From the IMG/VR virus record IMGVR_UViG_3300032893_000001, positions 120,954 through 184,953 of that record: 64,000 nt of DNA. One strand, given 5' to 3'. Shown here piece by piece: positions 26,752 to 35,546 of the stretch (the stretch's first letter is position 1; each line of letters opens with the position of its first letter). Made by a program: the position numbers and the translations under genes. This DNA comes from a virus. The notes under the pieces were generated by a model, which saw only the letters and a list, made by a program, of their open reading frames with translations, searched no databases and was not told the origin of the DNA.

Positions 26752-27761
26752 TACGCGCGGCCAGCGACGCTGCGAACCTTCTCGAGCAAGGTCTGTGCGT
26801 GCGTCACGTAGTGCCCGCGGCGACCGCCCGAGAAGTTCTGCTCGATCGTAGCCTTCGCTGCGTCGGATGCAGGCCCCATGTTCGTGAATATGCGATGCAG
26901 CAGGTCGTGGTTGTCCGCGACGTTGATCTGCTCGGCGCCGTCGGTGAAGACCTCGTACGCGTCCTTGCGATTGCCGATCCCCGGCTTGCCGTTGAAGGGG
27001 TCCTGTCCCCAGTGGTACCCCTCGGTCGGAACACCCTTCTGCTCGCCGGCGCCCTGCTGGCTGTGCTCGGTCCCCTTCTGCGGGGTCTCGACGTTCTGCT
27101 CGAGCGAACCCTTGGTCTCGATGTCCGCCTTCTCGGCAGCGAGCTTCATGCTGAGCTTCATCGCTGCGAACGGGTTGCTCTTGGCGGCGCGCGCGCCTTC
27201 CATGAGCGCCTGAAAGCCTTCCTCGCCGTACAGCTTCGGCTTCGGAAGGGCCTTGGCGATCGTCGGAGTAGCTTTGGCTGCTGCTCGAGCAGCCGCCGGG
27301 AGCGGCGGAGGAGTGCCTGCGATCTTCTCGTAGGCGGCCTTCATGCGTTCGCTTGCTCTCTTGGTCACGAAACTGCCTCCCATCGGCCGCCCAAGGGGCG
27401 CTTTCTTCATCACGTTGCCTGCCCTCGTGGCGGTCTCCACCGCAGCTCGAGGAAAGATCTCCGGCGTGCCGGGAATGGGCGTCGTCAGAACGCGCTTCAC
27501 GCTCTCCGCCGCGTCTCCAAGCCACCCAGACTCCTTCAGCTTGGGCGTCTTCAGACCGCCAGGGTTGGCGGCCTTCACGTCGTCCTTCGGCGTGTCGTAC
27601 TTGGCCTTCGCCGTCTGCTTGCCCTTTGCAGTACCATACCCCTTCGGGGTCTTGCCGAGCGCATGCGACTGCTGCGTCGCAACCGCGAACGCCGTCGACT
27701 TCTTCATGTCGGGGTTCTTGGCGAGCAGATGCTCAGCGCGCTCGTGAATCCACTCGGGCAT
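26751..27761 (-). CDS. putative internal virion protein
   Basis: K/A-rich 336 aa with several K-x-[AS] sites (LKESG, TKRAS, AYEKIAG). Confidence 0.6.
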   Translation of the reverse strand: MPEWIHERAEHLLAKNPDMKKSTAFAVATQQSHALGKTPKGYGTAKGKQTAKAKYDTPKDDVKAANPGGLKTPKLKESGWLGDAAESVKRVLTTPIPGTPEIFPRAAVETATRAGNVMKKAPLGRPMGGSFVTKRASERMKAAYEKIAGTPPPLPAAARAAAKATPTIAKALPKPKLYGEEGFQALMEGARAAKSNPFAAMKLSMKLAAEKADIETKGSLEQNVETPQKGTEHSQQGAGEQKGVPTEGYHWGQDPFNGKPGIGNRKDAYEVFTDGAEQINVADNHDLLHRIFTNMGPASDAAKATIEQNFSGGRRGHYVTHAQTLLEKVRSVAGRA

Positions 27762-27763
27762 GG

Positions 27764-28564
27764 CTAGATGATTCCCTTCTTCGCCCCTGACGCGGGGAGA
27801 CCGTAGCCTTGGGGCTTAGCGATGTCGGCGATGCTTGGCCCGCCGGGAGCAGTCAGCTTGGGCTGTCCTACCTTGCGAGCAGCCGTGAGGCCAGTCTTCG
27901 GAGAAGCTGGCGTCGTGGGCATGAGAGACGCCGCTTGCTTCTTGCGCACGACGGGTGCCTCGAGAGTCGAGTCGTCGCCGGCGAGCCCGCTTGCCAGAAT
28001 CCAGGGTCCGTAGCTGAGCGGGCCGCTGAACTGCGACGTGACGAAGTCTCCAGGAGCATACGAGACGTACGCGTCGCTCCCCTTCTCCTTCATCGGAACA
28101 GGGCCTTTGCCCAGGCTCTTGCCGTCCTTGTCGACCTCGATGAGAGCGTCGCCTTCGAGCTTCAATCGAGCCGCAGTCTTGCCCTGCCCTTGCTCGTACT
28201 CCTGCATGAACTGGCGCAGCGTCGCCATCTCCGCCGCACGGTCCATGTGGTACCGAAGAAGAGGAGCCACGCCGCCCATCACGGCGCCGGCGGCGGCGGA
28301 CCCAAGTCCTGATCGCAAGCGCCCGAATCGAACCGGCTTGCCACCAACCTCGACAGGCTTGAACGGAAGCTGCCCACGCACGACGTCGCCGATCGCACTC
28401 GCTGCGGGGCCTGCGATCGCACCAAGCGCTCCATACCGAAGCGCCTGACCGATCGTGGGCTTGCTTGCCTCGAGCTGCTGCACACGCTCGTAGGACGCGC
28501 GCGCCTGCTCCGGGGTGATCGCCCCGAGCTTCTCGAGCTCGTCGATGGTGGCGCGAAGGTTCAT
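27764..28564 (-). CDS. putative internal virion protein
   Basis: starts MNLRATIDELEKLGA; Gly/Ala hydrophobic segments. Confidence 0.65.
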   Translation of the reverse strand: MNLRATIDELEKLGAITPEQARASYERVQQLEASKPTIGQALRYGALGAIAGPAASAIGDVVRGQLPFKPVEVGGKPVRFGRLRSGLGSAAAGAVMGGVAPLLRYHMDRAAEMATLRQFMQEYEQGQGKTAARLKLEGDALIEVDKDGKSLGKGPVPMKEKGSDAYVSYAPGDFVTSQFSGPLSYGPWILASGLAGDDSTLEAPVVRKKQAASLMPTTPASPKTGLTAARKVGQPKLTAPGGPSIADIAKPQGYGLPASGAKKGII

Positions 28565-28881
28565 TTCTTGTGGGCCAGAAGCTGCGCGGCGACCGGCGCC
28601 GCAAGGGTACCAAGTCCCCCGAGCTCCAAGCCCGCATGCGCCATCTCCCACTTGTCGGGGTGCTCTTTGCGCGCCTGGTGCTGCAACGTGTCGATCGGCG
28701 GAAGGGCCAAGATGCCGAGGCCGCCGAGATCGTAGGCGTGGCCGTGCTCGGCCAAGTGACGACCGATGGCACTTTCGGGACCGAGAGCTCGGCCGAGCGC
28801 GCCGGCAGCGCTCAGGCCCTCTCCCGCCTGCTTGATCTTCATGAGCTCGTCGACGAATGACTTGTAGACGACGGCGTTCAT
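28561..28881 (-). CDS. putative internal virion protein
   Basis: starts MNAVVYKSFVDELMKIKQAG. Confidence 0.65.
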   Translation of the reverse strand: MNAVVYKSFVDELMKIKQAGEGLSAAGALGRALGPESAIGRHLAEHGHAYDLGGLGILALPPIDTLQHQARKEHPDKWEMAHAGLELGGLGTLAAPVAAQLLAHKK

Positions 28882-29546
28882 CCCATCCTCCCCGGCATCG
28901 CCATCGGCGGTGTCATGTTCATGCCCATTCCGCCCGGCGGGCCACCGACCATGCCAGGAAGAGCGGACGCGCTCGCAGGGGCCATCCCCATCGTGCCGTC
29001 CTTCTCCTTGCTCTTGCCTGCCCGACGACCCGCCTCGAACAACAGCGCACCGGAAGCGGCACCGCCGGCTCCGTGCGCGACTCTCTTGGAGTCGCCGAGA
29101 AGAAGGCCATGCGCGATGTCCTGCGCCGGCTCCATGCGATTGTGCAAGAACCCATGCACCGCGTGCGCACCGTGCTCGAGCGCCTTGTGCCCCACACTCT
29201 TCGCCTTATCTGCAACCGAAGCTGCCTTTGCGCGAAGAGCCGGCACGTCGCTCTTGCGGGCGAGGTCGGGGTACTTCTTGGCGACGTCCTTGTAGACCTC
29301 GGCCTTCTGCTTCGGCGTGCCGTGCTGCTCGACACGGGAGAGGGCGTTGGCTGCATGACGGCGATCATGGATGGGGTAGGCTGCCTCCCCCGTCGCCGAC
29401 TGCGCTGGCGTGAGAGCGAAGTTCTTCGCCTTGATCTTCTCGCGCGATGCCTCGGTGAGCTCCTTGGCAATCTTGCCCATGCCGGTGCCGGCTTGGATCT
29501 GCTTCAGCTCGTCGAAGAAGGAGAACATCGAGATGGGCATGGACAT
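28878..29546 (-). CDS. putative internal virion protein with DUF6582-like domain
   Basis: FFDELKQIQAG leader; R..I...NFA...YPIHD..HA.NAL.RV.Q motif (family name from memory). Confidence 0.6.
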   Translation of the reverse strand: MSMPISMFSFFDELKQIQAGTGMGKIAKELTEASREKIKAKNFALTPAQSATGEAAYPIHDRRHAANALSRVEQHGTPKQKAEVYKDVAKKYPDLARKSDVPALRAKAASVADKAKSVGHKALEHGAHAVHGFLHNRMEPAQDIAHGLLLGDSKRVAHGAGGAASGALLFEAGRRAGKSKEKDGTMGMAPASASALPGMVGGPPGGMGMNMTPPMAMPGRMG

Positions 29547-29554
29547 GATGGACC

Positions 29555-29956
29555 TCAGAAGTTGCCGTGTTCTTCGGGCGTGTTGACTGCTGCCGGCGCC
29601 AGAGAGTAGCGCGCGAAGGCAGGGATCTTGGTGGACATGGCCTCGCGTCCGTCTTCTCGAGACGGAACGATGTCGTTCGGACCAGGCTTGGCTGCGGCAG
29701 GAGTTCCCGTCGGGCCAGATGCACCCGTCGCCGACTGGTAGTCGGAGTTCGAGTACGGCACCACGTTGCCGATCGAGCCATCCGCCTGCTTCGTGTACTT
29801 GTAGAGCGTGCCGTCCTTCTCCTTGCGGAGCATCGTCGACACACGCATCGGGCGCCGCTTCGCACGCGACTTGCCGTGACGTAGCTGCTCTCGAGCAGCA
29901 GCGATCTTCTCGAGTTCGTCGAGAAAAGCTCTCTCCATGACCGCGGCGTAGTCCAT
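29555..29956 (-). CDS. putative internal virion protein
   Basis: MDYAAVMERAFLDELEKIAAA. Confidence 0.65.
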   Translation of the reverse strand: MDYAAVMERAFLDELEKIAAAREQLRHGKSRAKRRPMRVSTMLRKEKDGTLYKYTKQADGSIGNVVPYSNSDYQSATGASGPTGTPAAAKPGPNDIVPSREDGREAMSTKIPAFARYSLAPAAVNTPEEHGNF

Positions 29957-30002
29957 CGGGGCTCCATACGGTTCTACCACCGGGGGACAGGAAGCGGAAG
30001 TT

Positions 30003-33000
30003 TCAGCCCAGGATCGCGCGGGCGAACTGGAGATCGCTGACGAAGTCGCCGACGGCCTGAAAACGCCGTCCGCGGATGTCGAGACGTTGCCGCGCGATGG
30101 CCGTGCGGTTGACCCCGATCACGCTTTCAATGTCGGGCGTAACGAGCCCGAACAGATCGGCGTAGTTGCCGAACGCTCTTGAGTGGAACCCCTCGACGCC
30201 GCGGATGACCTGCGTGCCATCCGCGGTGAACTGAAGGTCCGACGTTCCGAACATGTCGAGCATCGTGGCAACCGGCCGCCAGGTGTACGAACGAACGAAC
30301 TCGTCGACGTCCAGACCGGACTGCTTGATGTACGAGTACGTCAAGACCAAGAAGTCCGTCGCCTGCTCGATCGAAGCTCCTTCTTGCAGTGTGAGCAACG
30401 CAGAGATGTCGGCTCGTGGGTCGTTGCCGCCCTTGGAGTTGCCCGCATCGCCAAGCTGCTCGAGATCGTCGATGTTGATGAGCGTCTTCGACGAGCCGTC
30501 GGGCTGGTTGACGTTGGTCTGGTCGGTGATCGAGCCGATGCCGAAGTAGTAGTTGTAGATCTCCCCGATCTTGCGCGGGTGCCAGACGTCGGCGTACCAA
30601 CCCGGACGGATGTACTCCTCGGGCGGCATCTTCACGTACTCCTGTCGATACTGCGGAACACGCTCCGTGATGCGGTACCCCTTGAAGACGACGACCTTCG
30701 CGCTGTCCCCCACGTAATCGGCAACCGCGCTGCTCACCGCGCCCGCTGCGACAGGAACGTCGACGGGTGCACTCGAGTCGAGGTTGCCTCCAGTGATGCT
30801 CGCGCCGAGGAAGACGGGAAGCTTCTGCGCGGTGTCCGGTGTGGAACCAGGCAGCGGCGGAAGAAGACCTGCGTCTTCGACACGAGAGATGATCCCAAAG
30901 TTCGGACCGACGCCGCCGATGGGCGGCTTGGTCAGCGCCGCCACGAGAGTCTGCCTGTTGGCATCTGCTCCAGTGCGCTTGTTCACCATCTGGTCGTCAA
31001 GCATCGACGGACCAAGGAGCTCCGTGGTCTCGTCGTGTTGCCGAGGGTAGCTGCATTCGATGGTCGTCACGCCCTGCCGTTGATCGACTGCGTGCGTGAC
31101 CTGCGTGAACGCACCGAGGTAGTGCGACCCTAGATACTTGGTCAGCTCCGGCACTTTCTGCTGGTACTGCGAGAGCAACGTACGAACGGTCGAGACGTGC
31201 TCGAGATCGACGTACTTGTCGAGGATGAGTCCGGGGAACCCCACGGCGATCCACGGGTTGAACTTTCCGCGAATGCTCATCTTGCGCGCGGTGAAGCGGT
31301 ACTTGAAGTACAAGAAGTTCGTCGAGCGCTGCGCGAGGCTGACCTTGGCCAAGGTGCTGTCGACTGTTCCCGAACGCACGGCGAGGATGTTCATCTCGCC
31401 CATCTTCTCGAAGACAGGCAGGATGCCCGTGAAGAGCTCGTGATCGAGGATGTCGTTCTCGAAGAGAAGCTGATCGGACTTCTTCTGCCCTTTGACCGTC
31501 TTCACCTTCGGGGCGACGTAGAACGAGTCCATCAGGTCGTCCTCGCCAACAAACTCTTCGTTCGTCTTCAGAAGCAGGCGTGTCGGCTCCTGCGTGAACA
31601 CGCGTGAGTAGGTGATCGTGTCGTAGTTCTCGGGGAACAGAACATTGCAGCGAGGAGGCGGTCCAAACCAGATGTCCGGCCGGATGATGTGGCTGTTGAG
31701 ACGAGCGGGCGTCGCCTTATCTCGACTGACCGTGTTGGTCTCGAGCGCCGCGACCTTCCCGAGCGCCGTCGATGCCTCGTCGAGCTTGCTCGTGATCTCG
31801 TCGACGTTCTTGCCAGAACGACCGGGAGCCCAGTTCTTCTTCAGCTTCGTGATCGCCACGCCGACAGCAGTCGCTGCCGATGAGAAGAGAGGAACCGCGG
31901 CTGGCAGGTTCTTCTGGTTGCTCACCGTCGCAGCTTGCTGAAGAAGCTTGCGCAGACGGTCCATCTGCACCGAGAGGAAGTCGACGGGGTTCTTGTTGAG
32001 AAGAGTCGATTCTTGCCCAGGTGTCGTGCTTTGAGGCTGCGTACCGGTGATCGACGTCTTGATCGTGGTGATCTGCGACTGCCCATCGATCGCCGTCTGG
32101 TAGAGCGGGAAGAGTGCAGGTACGACGCGGATGCTCTTGCGTCCGAGACCGTTCGTCGAACCTCCCGTTCCTGGCACGTAGCGAGGGCACGGCTGCCCGT
32201 ACGACTCGTGGAAAACGGTGCTCATCAGCGAGTTCATCACGTCGCGGATGCTGACCTGCTCCCCGAGGTTTCCAAGAACGCGACCGAAGAGAGCATCCCA
32301 CCCGTCGGAGTTGAGAAGACGAGACGCCGTCGGGTCCTGCGGGTAGACCGTGATCATCTGCGAGATGTGCAGACGAAGCTCGGCCAACGAGAAGAAGATG
32401 TTCTGCCCCTGAACCGTCTTGCCGTAGTAGTACGTCCCGCCAACGGACTCGAGGATGCGAACGATACCACCGAGCAGGCCCGGCAGGTTCGGGTACTGAA
32501 TCGAGCTCTGGTGAAGCAGCGAGGTGATCGCCTCACCGGGGGACGTCAAAAAGTCCGTGAGCAAGTCCGTCGAACCACCGCTGAAGACAGCCTTGACGCC
32601 TGGCCCGAAGATGTCGGTGTTGCTGAACTGGTACGCGTAGTCCCAGTAGTTCGACAAGTCGACGCACTGAAAAACGAGGGAGCGCTGCGTCTGGTTCTTC
32701 GTCCACTGAAACCCGATGATCTCTCCACAGAAGAGCAACTTGTATCGATCGTTCGCCCGATCTCGAGCGAACTCGTCGTCACTCTCTTGATCGACGTCCT
32801 GCCCCGTACGGTCGTTGCGACGTGACTGCGCTTGCTCGTACGTGGTCGGATTTTGCTTCGAGTTGTTCGTCTGCGTGGCGTTCGAAACGAGGGGGCTGTC
32901 GAGCTCGTAGAAGTCGTAGAAGAACAAGTGCACGAGCGTTCGCGGGAGCAGCTTGGTGCCCATCGCAGACGGTGGCACTTGGATCACGCATTGCATCGGG

Positions 33001-33095
33001 CCGTTCGGAACGGCAACCACCTGCGCGGCGATGACAGGAACTTCGATGCCCTCGAGAAAAAGTCGAAGGCGAAGCTTGTGACCTCTACCTGCCAT
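30003..33095 (-). CDS. baseplate hub-like tail protein
   Basis: 1030 aa downstream of tape measure; RLFLEGIEVP, LFCGEI, IRGKFNP.I..GFP, QVTH.V hub-like pattern. Confidence 0.6.
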   Translation of the reverse strand: MAGRGHKLRLRLFLEGIEVPVIAAQVVAVPNGPMQCVIQVPPSAMGTKLLPRTLVHLFFYDFYELDSPLVSNATQTNNSKQNPTTYEQAQSRRNDRTGQDVDQESDDEFARDRANDRYKLLFCGEIIGFQWTKNQTQRSLVFQCVDLSNYWDYAYQFSNTDIFGPGVKAVFSGGSTDLLTDFLTSPGEAITSLLHQSSIQYPNLPGLLGGIVRILESVGGTYYYGKTVQGQNIFFSLAELRLHISQMITVYPQDPTASRLLNSDGWDALFGRVLGNLGEQVSIRDVMNSLMSTVFHESYGQPCPRYVPGTGGSTNGLGRKSIRVVPALFPLYQTAIDGQSQITTIKTSITGTQPQSTTPGQESTLLNKNPVDFLSVQMDRLRKLLQQAATVSNQKNLPAAVPLFSSAATAVGVAITKLKKNWAPGRSGKNVDEITSKLDEASTALGKVAALETNTVSRDKATPARLNSHIIRPDIWFGPPPRCNVLFPENYDTITYSRVFTQEPTRLLLKTNEEFVGEDDLMDSFYVAPKVKTVKGQKKSDQLLFENDILDHELFTGILPVFEKMGEMNILAVRSGTVDSTLAKVSLAQRSTNFLYFKYRFTARKMSIRGKFNPWIAVGFPGLILDKYVDLEHVSTVRTLLSQYQQKVPELTKYLGSHYLGAFTQVTHAVDQRQGVTTIECSYPRQHDETTELLGPSMLDDQMVNKRTGADANRQTLVAALTKPPIGGVGPNFGIISRVEDAGLLPPLPGSTPDTAQKLPVFLGASITGGNLDSSAPVDVPVAAGAVSSAVADYVGDSAKVVVFKGYRITERVPQYRQEYVKMPPEEYIRPGWYADVWHPRKIGEIYNYYFGIGSITDQTNVNQPDGSSKTLINIDDLEQLGDAGNSKGGNDPRADISALLTLQEGASIEQATDFLVLTYSYIKQSGLDVDEFVRSYTWRPVATMLDMFGTSDLQFTADGTQVIRGVEGFHSRAFGNYADLFGLVTPDIESVIGVNRTAIARQRLDIRGRRFQAVGDFVSDLQFARAILG

Positions 33096-33101
33096 GCTTC
33101 C

Positions 33102-35228
33102 TCAGATCTGCGACAGCGGTGTATTCGGGCACGGCACTCCGTAAGTCCCCGGCAGCGACTGCATTCCAAACACGCCGTCGCCCATCACGCCAGGCCCCAT
33201 TGAGGACACAGCAGCCATGTTCGCTCCGCCGCCGAACACGGTGCTCTGCGCACCCGCGACCGCGCCGTAGCCGCCGTAGTTGGTCGAGCCCGCAGGCACG
33301 CCCATCGGAGCGAACCCTTGGGTGCTCTGAAGAGTTCCATCGGGTCCGATGCCTGCCGTGTAGCGGTACACCGAGCTCGTGTTCGGCTGCCCAGGCGCCG
33401 TGTACCCAAGGCCGTACGGAGAACCTGTCGGCAGCCCGTACGGGTTGAAGGTCGACTGCTGGTTGAGCGAGTTGCCGTACTGCGCGTACGCCGGGTTGCC
33501 GTAACTCGCCGCGCCGTAGCCCCCCAAGCCGCCACCGACACCCGGACCGAACGAGCCACCCATCGCGCCGCCGTACGACCCGCCCACGCCGGCGGTGTAC
33601 CCGTAGCTGCGGCTGAAGGCGCCTCGGAAACCGAAGCCCACACCCGCGAGCCCGCCGCCTTGAAGAGAGAGACCCTGATTGGTCAGAATCAGCCCCGCCA
33701 CGCCGCTAGGCGCCGCGCCAAGCCCAGACTGTGCTCCGAACGGGAGCTGGCCTGCGTACGCGCCCGCCACCGCCTGAGCGCCTGCGCCGTTCTGAAAGGG
33801 GATGCCGACGGTACCACCGACACCCACGCCGACACCGAACCCCGCCCCCACGCCAGCGGAGGCACCCGCACCGATTGCACCGCCCGTGAATCCAGCACCT
33901 GCGCCAAGAGGGCGTCCGTACGGACCGTACGACTGCAAGGACGAGCCTGGGGTGTAGGGAACGAGGCCGAAGCCGTAGTAGTTGCCCGGCCCCATCATCG
34001 CGCCGTTGCGGCACGACTGGTTGTTGACGGTGTTGAGAGGAGACGCCGGCGGACTGTTGACGGGGCCGCCGGGCGTGAGCGTTGGATCGTCGACACCAGG
34101 CGCGGTCGAGCCTGGGGTGTACGCCATGTTGGGCAGAACATCTCCGAAGCCACCGTTGACGTACTCGTCCTTGTTGTCGGCGACCTTCGAACGAATCGCG
34201 TTGACGTGCTGCGGAGGAGGCTGCGGTCCCGACAGCGCCGTCTGCGCATCGTTCAAGAACTGCTGCACGTTGAAGAGGAAGCCTTCGATGTCCTGCGACG
34301 GGAACGCAGTGCTGGTCATGCCGCGTTGAAGAACGCTCGTCAGATACGCAGTGCTGAAAAAGCTTCCAGATGCGAAGAGCGCTTGGTTGGCAGCGATCTG
34401 CTGCTCTCTCGTGAGAATCGAGTTGAGCGTCTGCTGCTTTTGAATCTGCTGATCGAGCTGAACTTGTCCGCTCGAGCGAAGCGCTTGAAGAAAGGCTTCT
34501 TGTGCTTGCTGCTCGGGGCTGACCTGATCGGGGTACTTCGGTGTGAGCTGATCCCACGCGTCCATGCTCGTCAGGTCCGCCACGCCGGGAGGAGGCACGG
34601 CACCCGAACGAATCGGGTAGAACGGATCGCCGATGAAGGAGATGTTCGCGTAGTTCGTCACGAACATGCGGAACTGAAGCTGGAGCATCATCGGCATGTC
34701 CGCCGACTCTTGCGTCTGTGCGTTGAGGATGTAACCCTCGATGATCGTGTCCTCGTAGAAGAGGTAGCAGCGCGCTCCCATCTCCACGAGTTTCGTCCCG
34801 CGCAGGTACTTGTCGTAGTTCTCCCACCACTCCGAGCGCCAGTTGAAGTCGAAGCTCTTGAGCAGCACCGCTTGAACATCGATGAAGCGGGGAGCTTCAC
34901 CAAAGAAGAAGATGTAGGGCTCGCCGAACGTCTCCACGATCTGCTGCTTCTCCATGCGTGCTTCGCTCACGCTCTGAAGAAGGAAGTTCGCGTAGTTCTC
35001 GTTCTGACCGGTGCCGTCCATCGCACCCGAATCGAAGAGCGGGATGTTGCTACCGTCCGCACGCACTACGCGGATGATCGCGTAGGTGTCGTCCTTGACC
35101 TCGAGACCACGCGTAGGACGTCGAACGCTGGGATTCGATCCGTTCTTGCGCGCGCTCTTGCCGTTCGCCACTTGCTGGGAGAACGTCCTCTGGAAGTCGT
35201 CGATCTCGAGGGAAACGAACACCGACAT
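33102..35228 (-). CDS. tail/baseplate protein with Gly/Tyr-rich low-complexity C-terminus
   Basis: N-terminal FLLQSVSEARMEKQQIVETFG domain; GAG/GYG-rich tail. Confidence 0.6.
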   Translation of the reverse strand: MSVFVSLEIDDFQRTFSQQVANGKSARKNGSNPSVRRPTRGLEVKDDTYAIIRVVRADGSNIPLFDSGAMDGTGQNENYANFLLQSVSEARMEKQQIVETFGEPYIFFFGEAPRFIDVQAVLLKSFDFNWRSEWWENYDKYLRGTKLVEMGARCYLFYEDTIIEGYILNAQTQESADMPMMLQLQFRMFVTNYANISFIGDPFYPIRSGAVPPPGVADLTSMDAWDQLTPKYPDQVSPEQQAQEAFLQALRSSGQVQLDQQIQKQQTLNSILTREQQIAANQALFASGSFFSTAYLTSVLQRGMTSTAFPSQDIEGFLFNVQQFLNDAQTALSGPQPPPQHVNAIRSKVADNKDEYVNGGFGDVLPNMAYTPGSTAPGVDDPTLTPGGPVNSPPASPLNTVNNQSCRNGAMMGPGNYYGFGLVPYTPGSSLQSYGPYGRPLGAGAGFTGGAIGAGASAGVGAGFGVGVGVGGTVGIPFQNGAGAQAVAGAYAGQLPFGAQSGLGAAPSGVAGLILTNQGLSLQGGGLAGVGFGFRGAFSRSYGYTAGVGGSYGGAMGGSFGPGVGGGLGGYGAASYGNPAYAQYGNSLNQQSTFNPYGLPTGSPYGLGYTAPGQPNTSSVYRYTAGIGPDGTLQSTQGFAPMGVPAGSTNYGGYGAVAGAQSTVFGGGANMAAVSSMGPGVMGDGVFGMQSLPGTYGVPCPNTPLSQI

Positions 35229-35237
35229 GGCTTGTCC

Positions 35238-35546
35238 TCAGACGGCGAGGTTGGTCTTGATGAGGAAGTCGCGCACCGAGCGGGGCGGAGGCACTCCACG
35301 ATACTCCTCCACGCGCTTGATGGAGAAGGCAGCCGCTTTGACAGCCAGAAGGAACGGGTCCTCGGGCACGATCTTGTCACGGTACGTGAACGTGTAGAGC
35401 TTGCCGTTCATCTTGATGGTGACCGGCGTCTCGTTTCGTCCAGGCCCGCACCCCGGAGGCTGCACGAAGATGCTCGTCGGCAGCTTGGTCTGCATGACCT
35501 GCGTCGAGATCAAGGCGAAGGGATCGAAGGAGGCCGGAATGGTCAT
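35238..35546 (-). CDS. hypothetical tail-region protein
   Basis: 102 aa coupled to tape measure. Confidence 0.65.
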   Translation of the reverse strand: MTIPASFDPFALISTQVMQTKLPTSIFVQPPGCGPGRNETPVTIKMNGKLYTFTYRDKIVPEDPFLLAVKAAAFSIKRVEEYRGVPPPRSVRDFLIKTNLAV

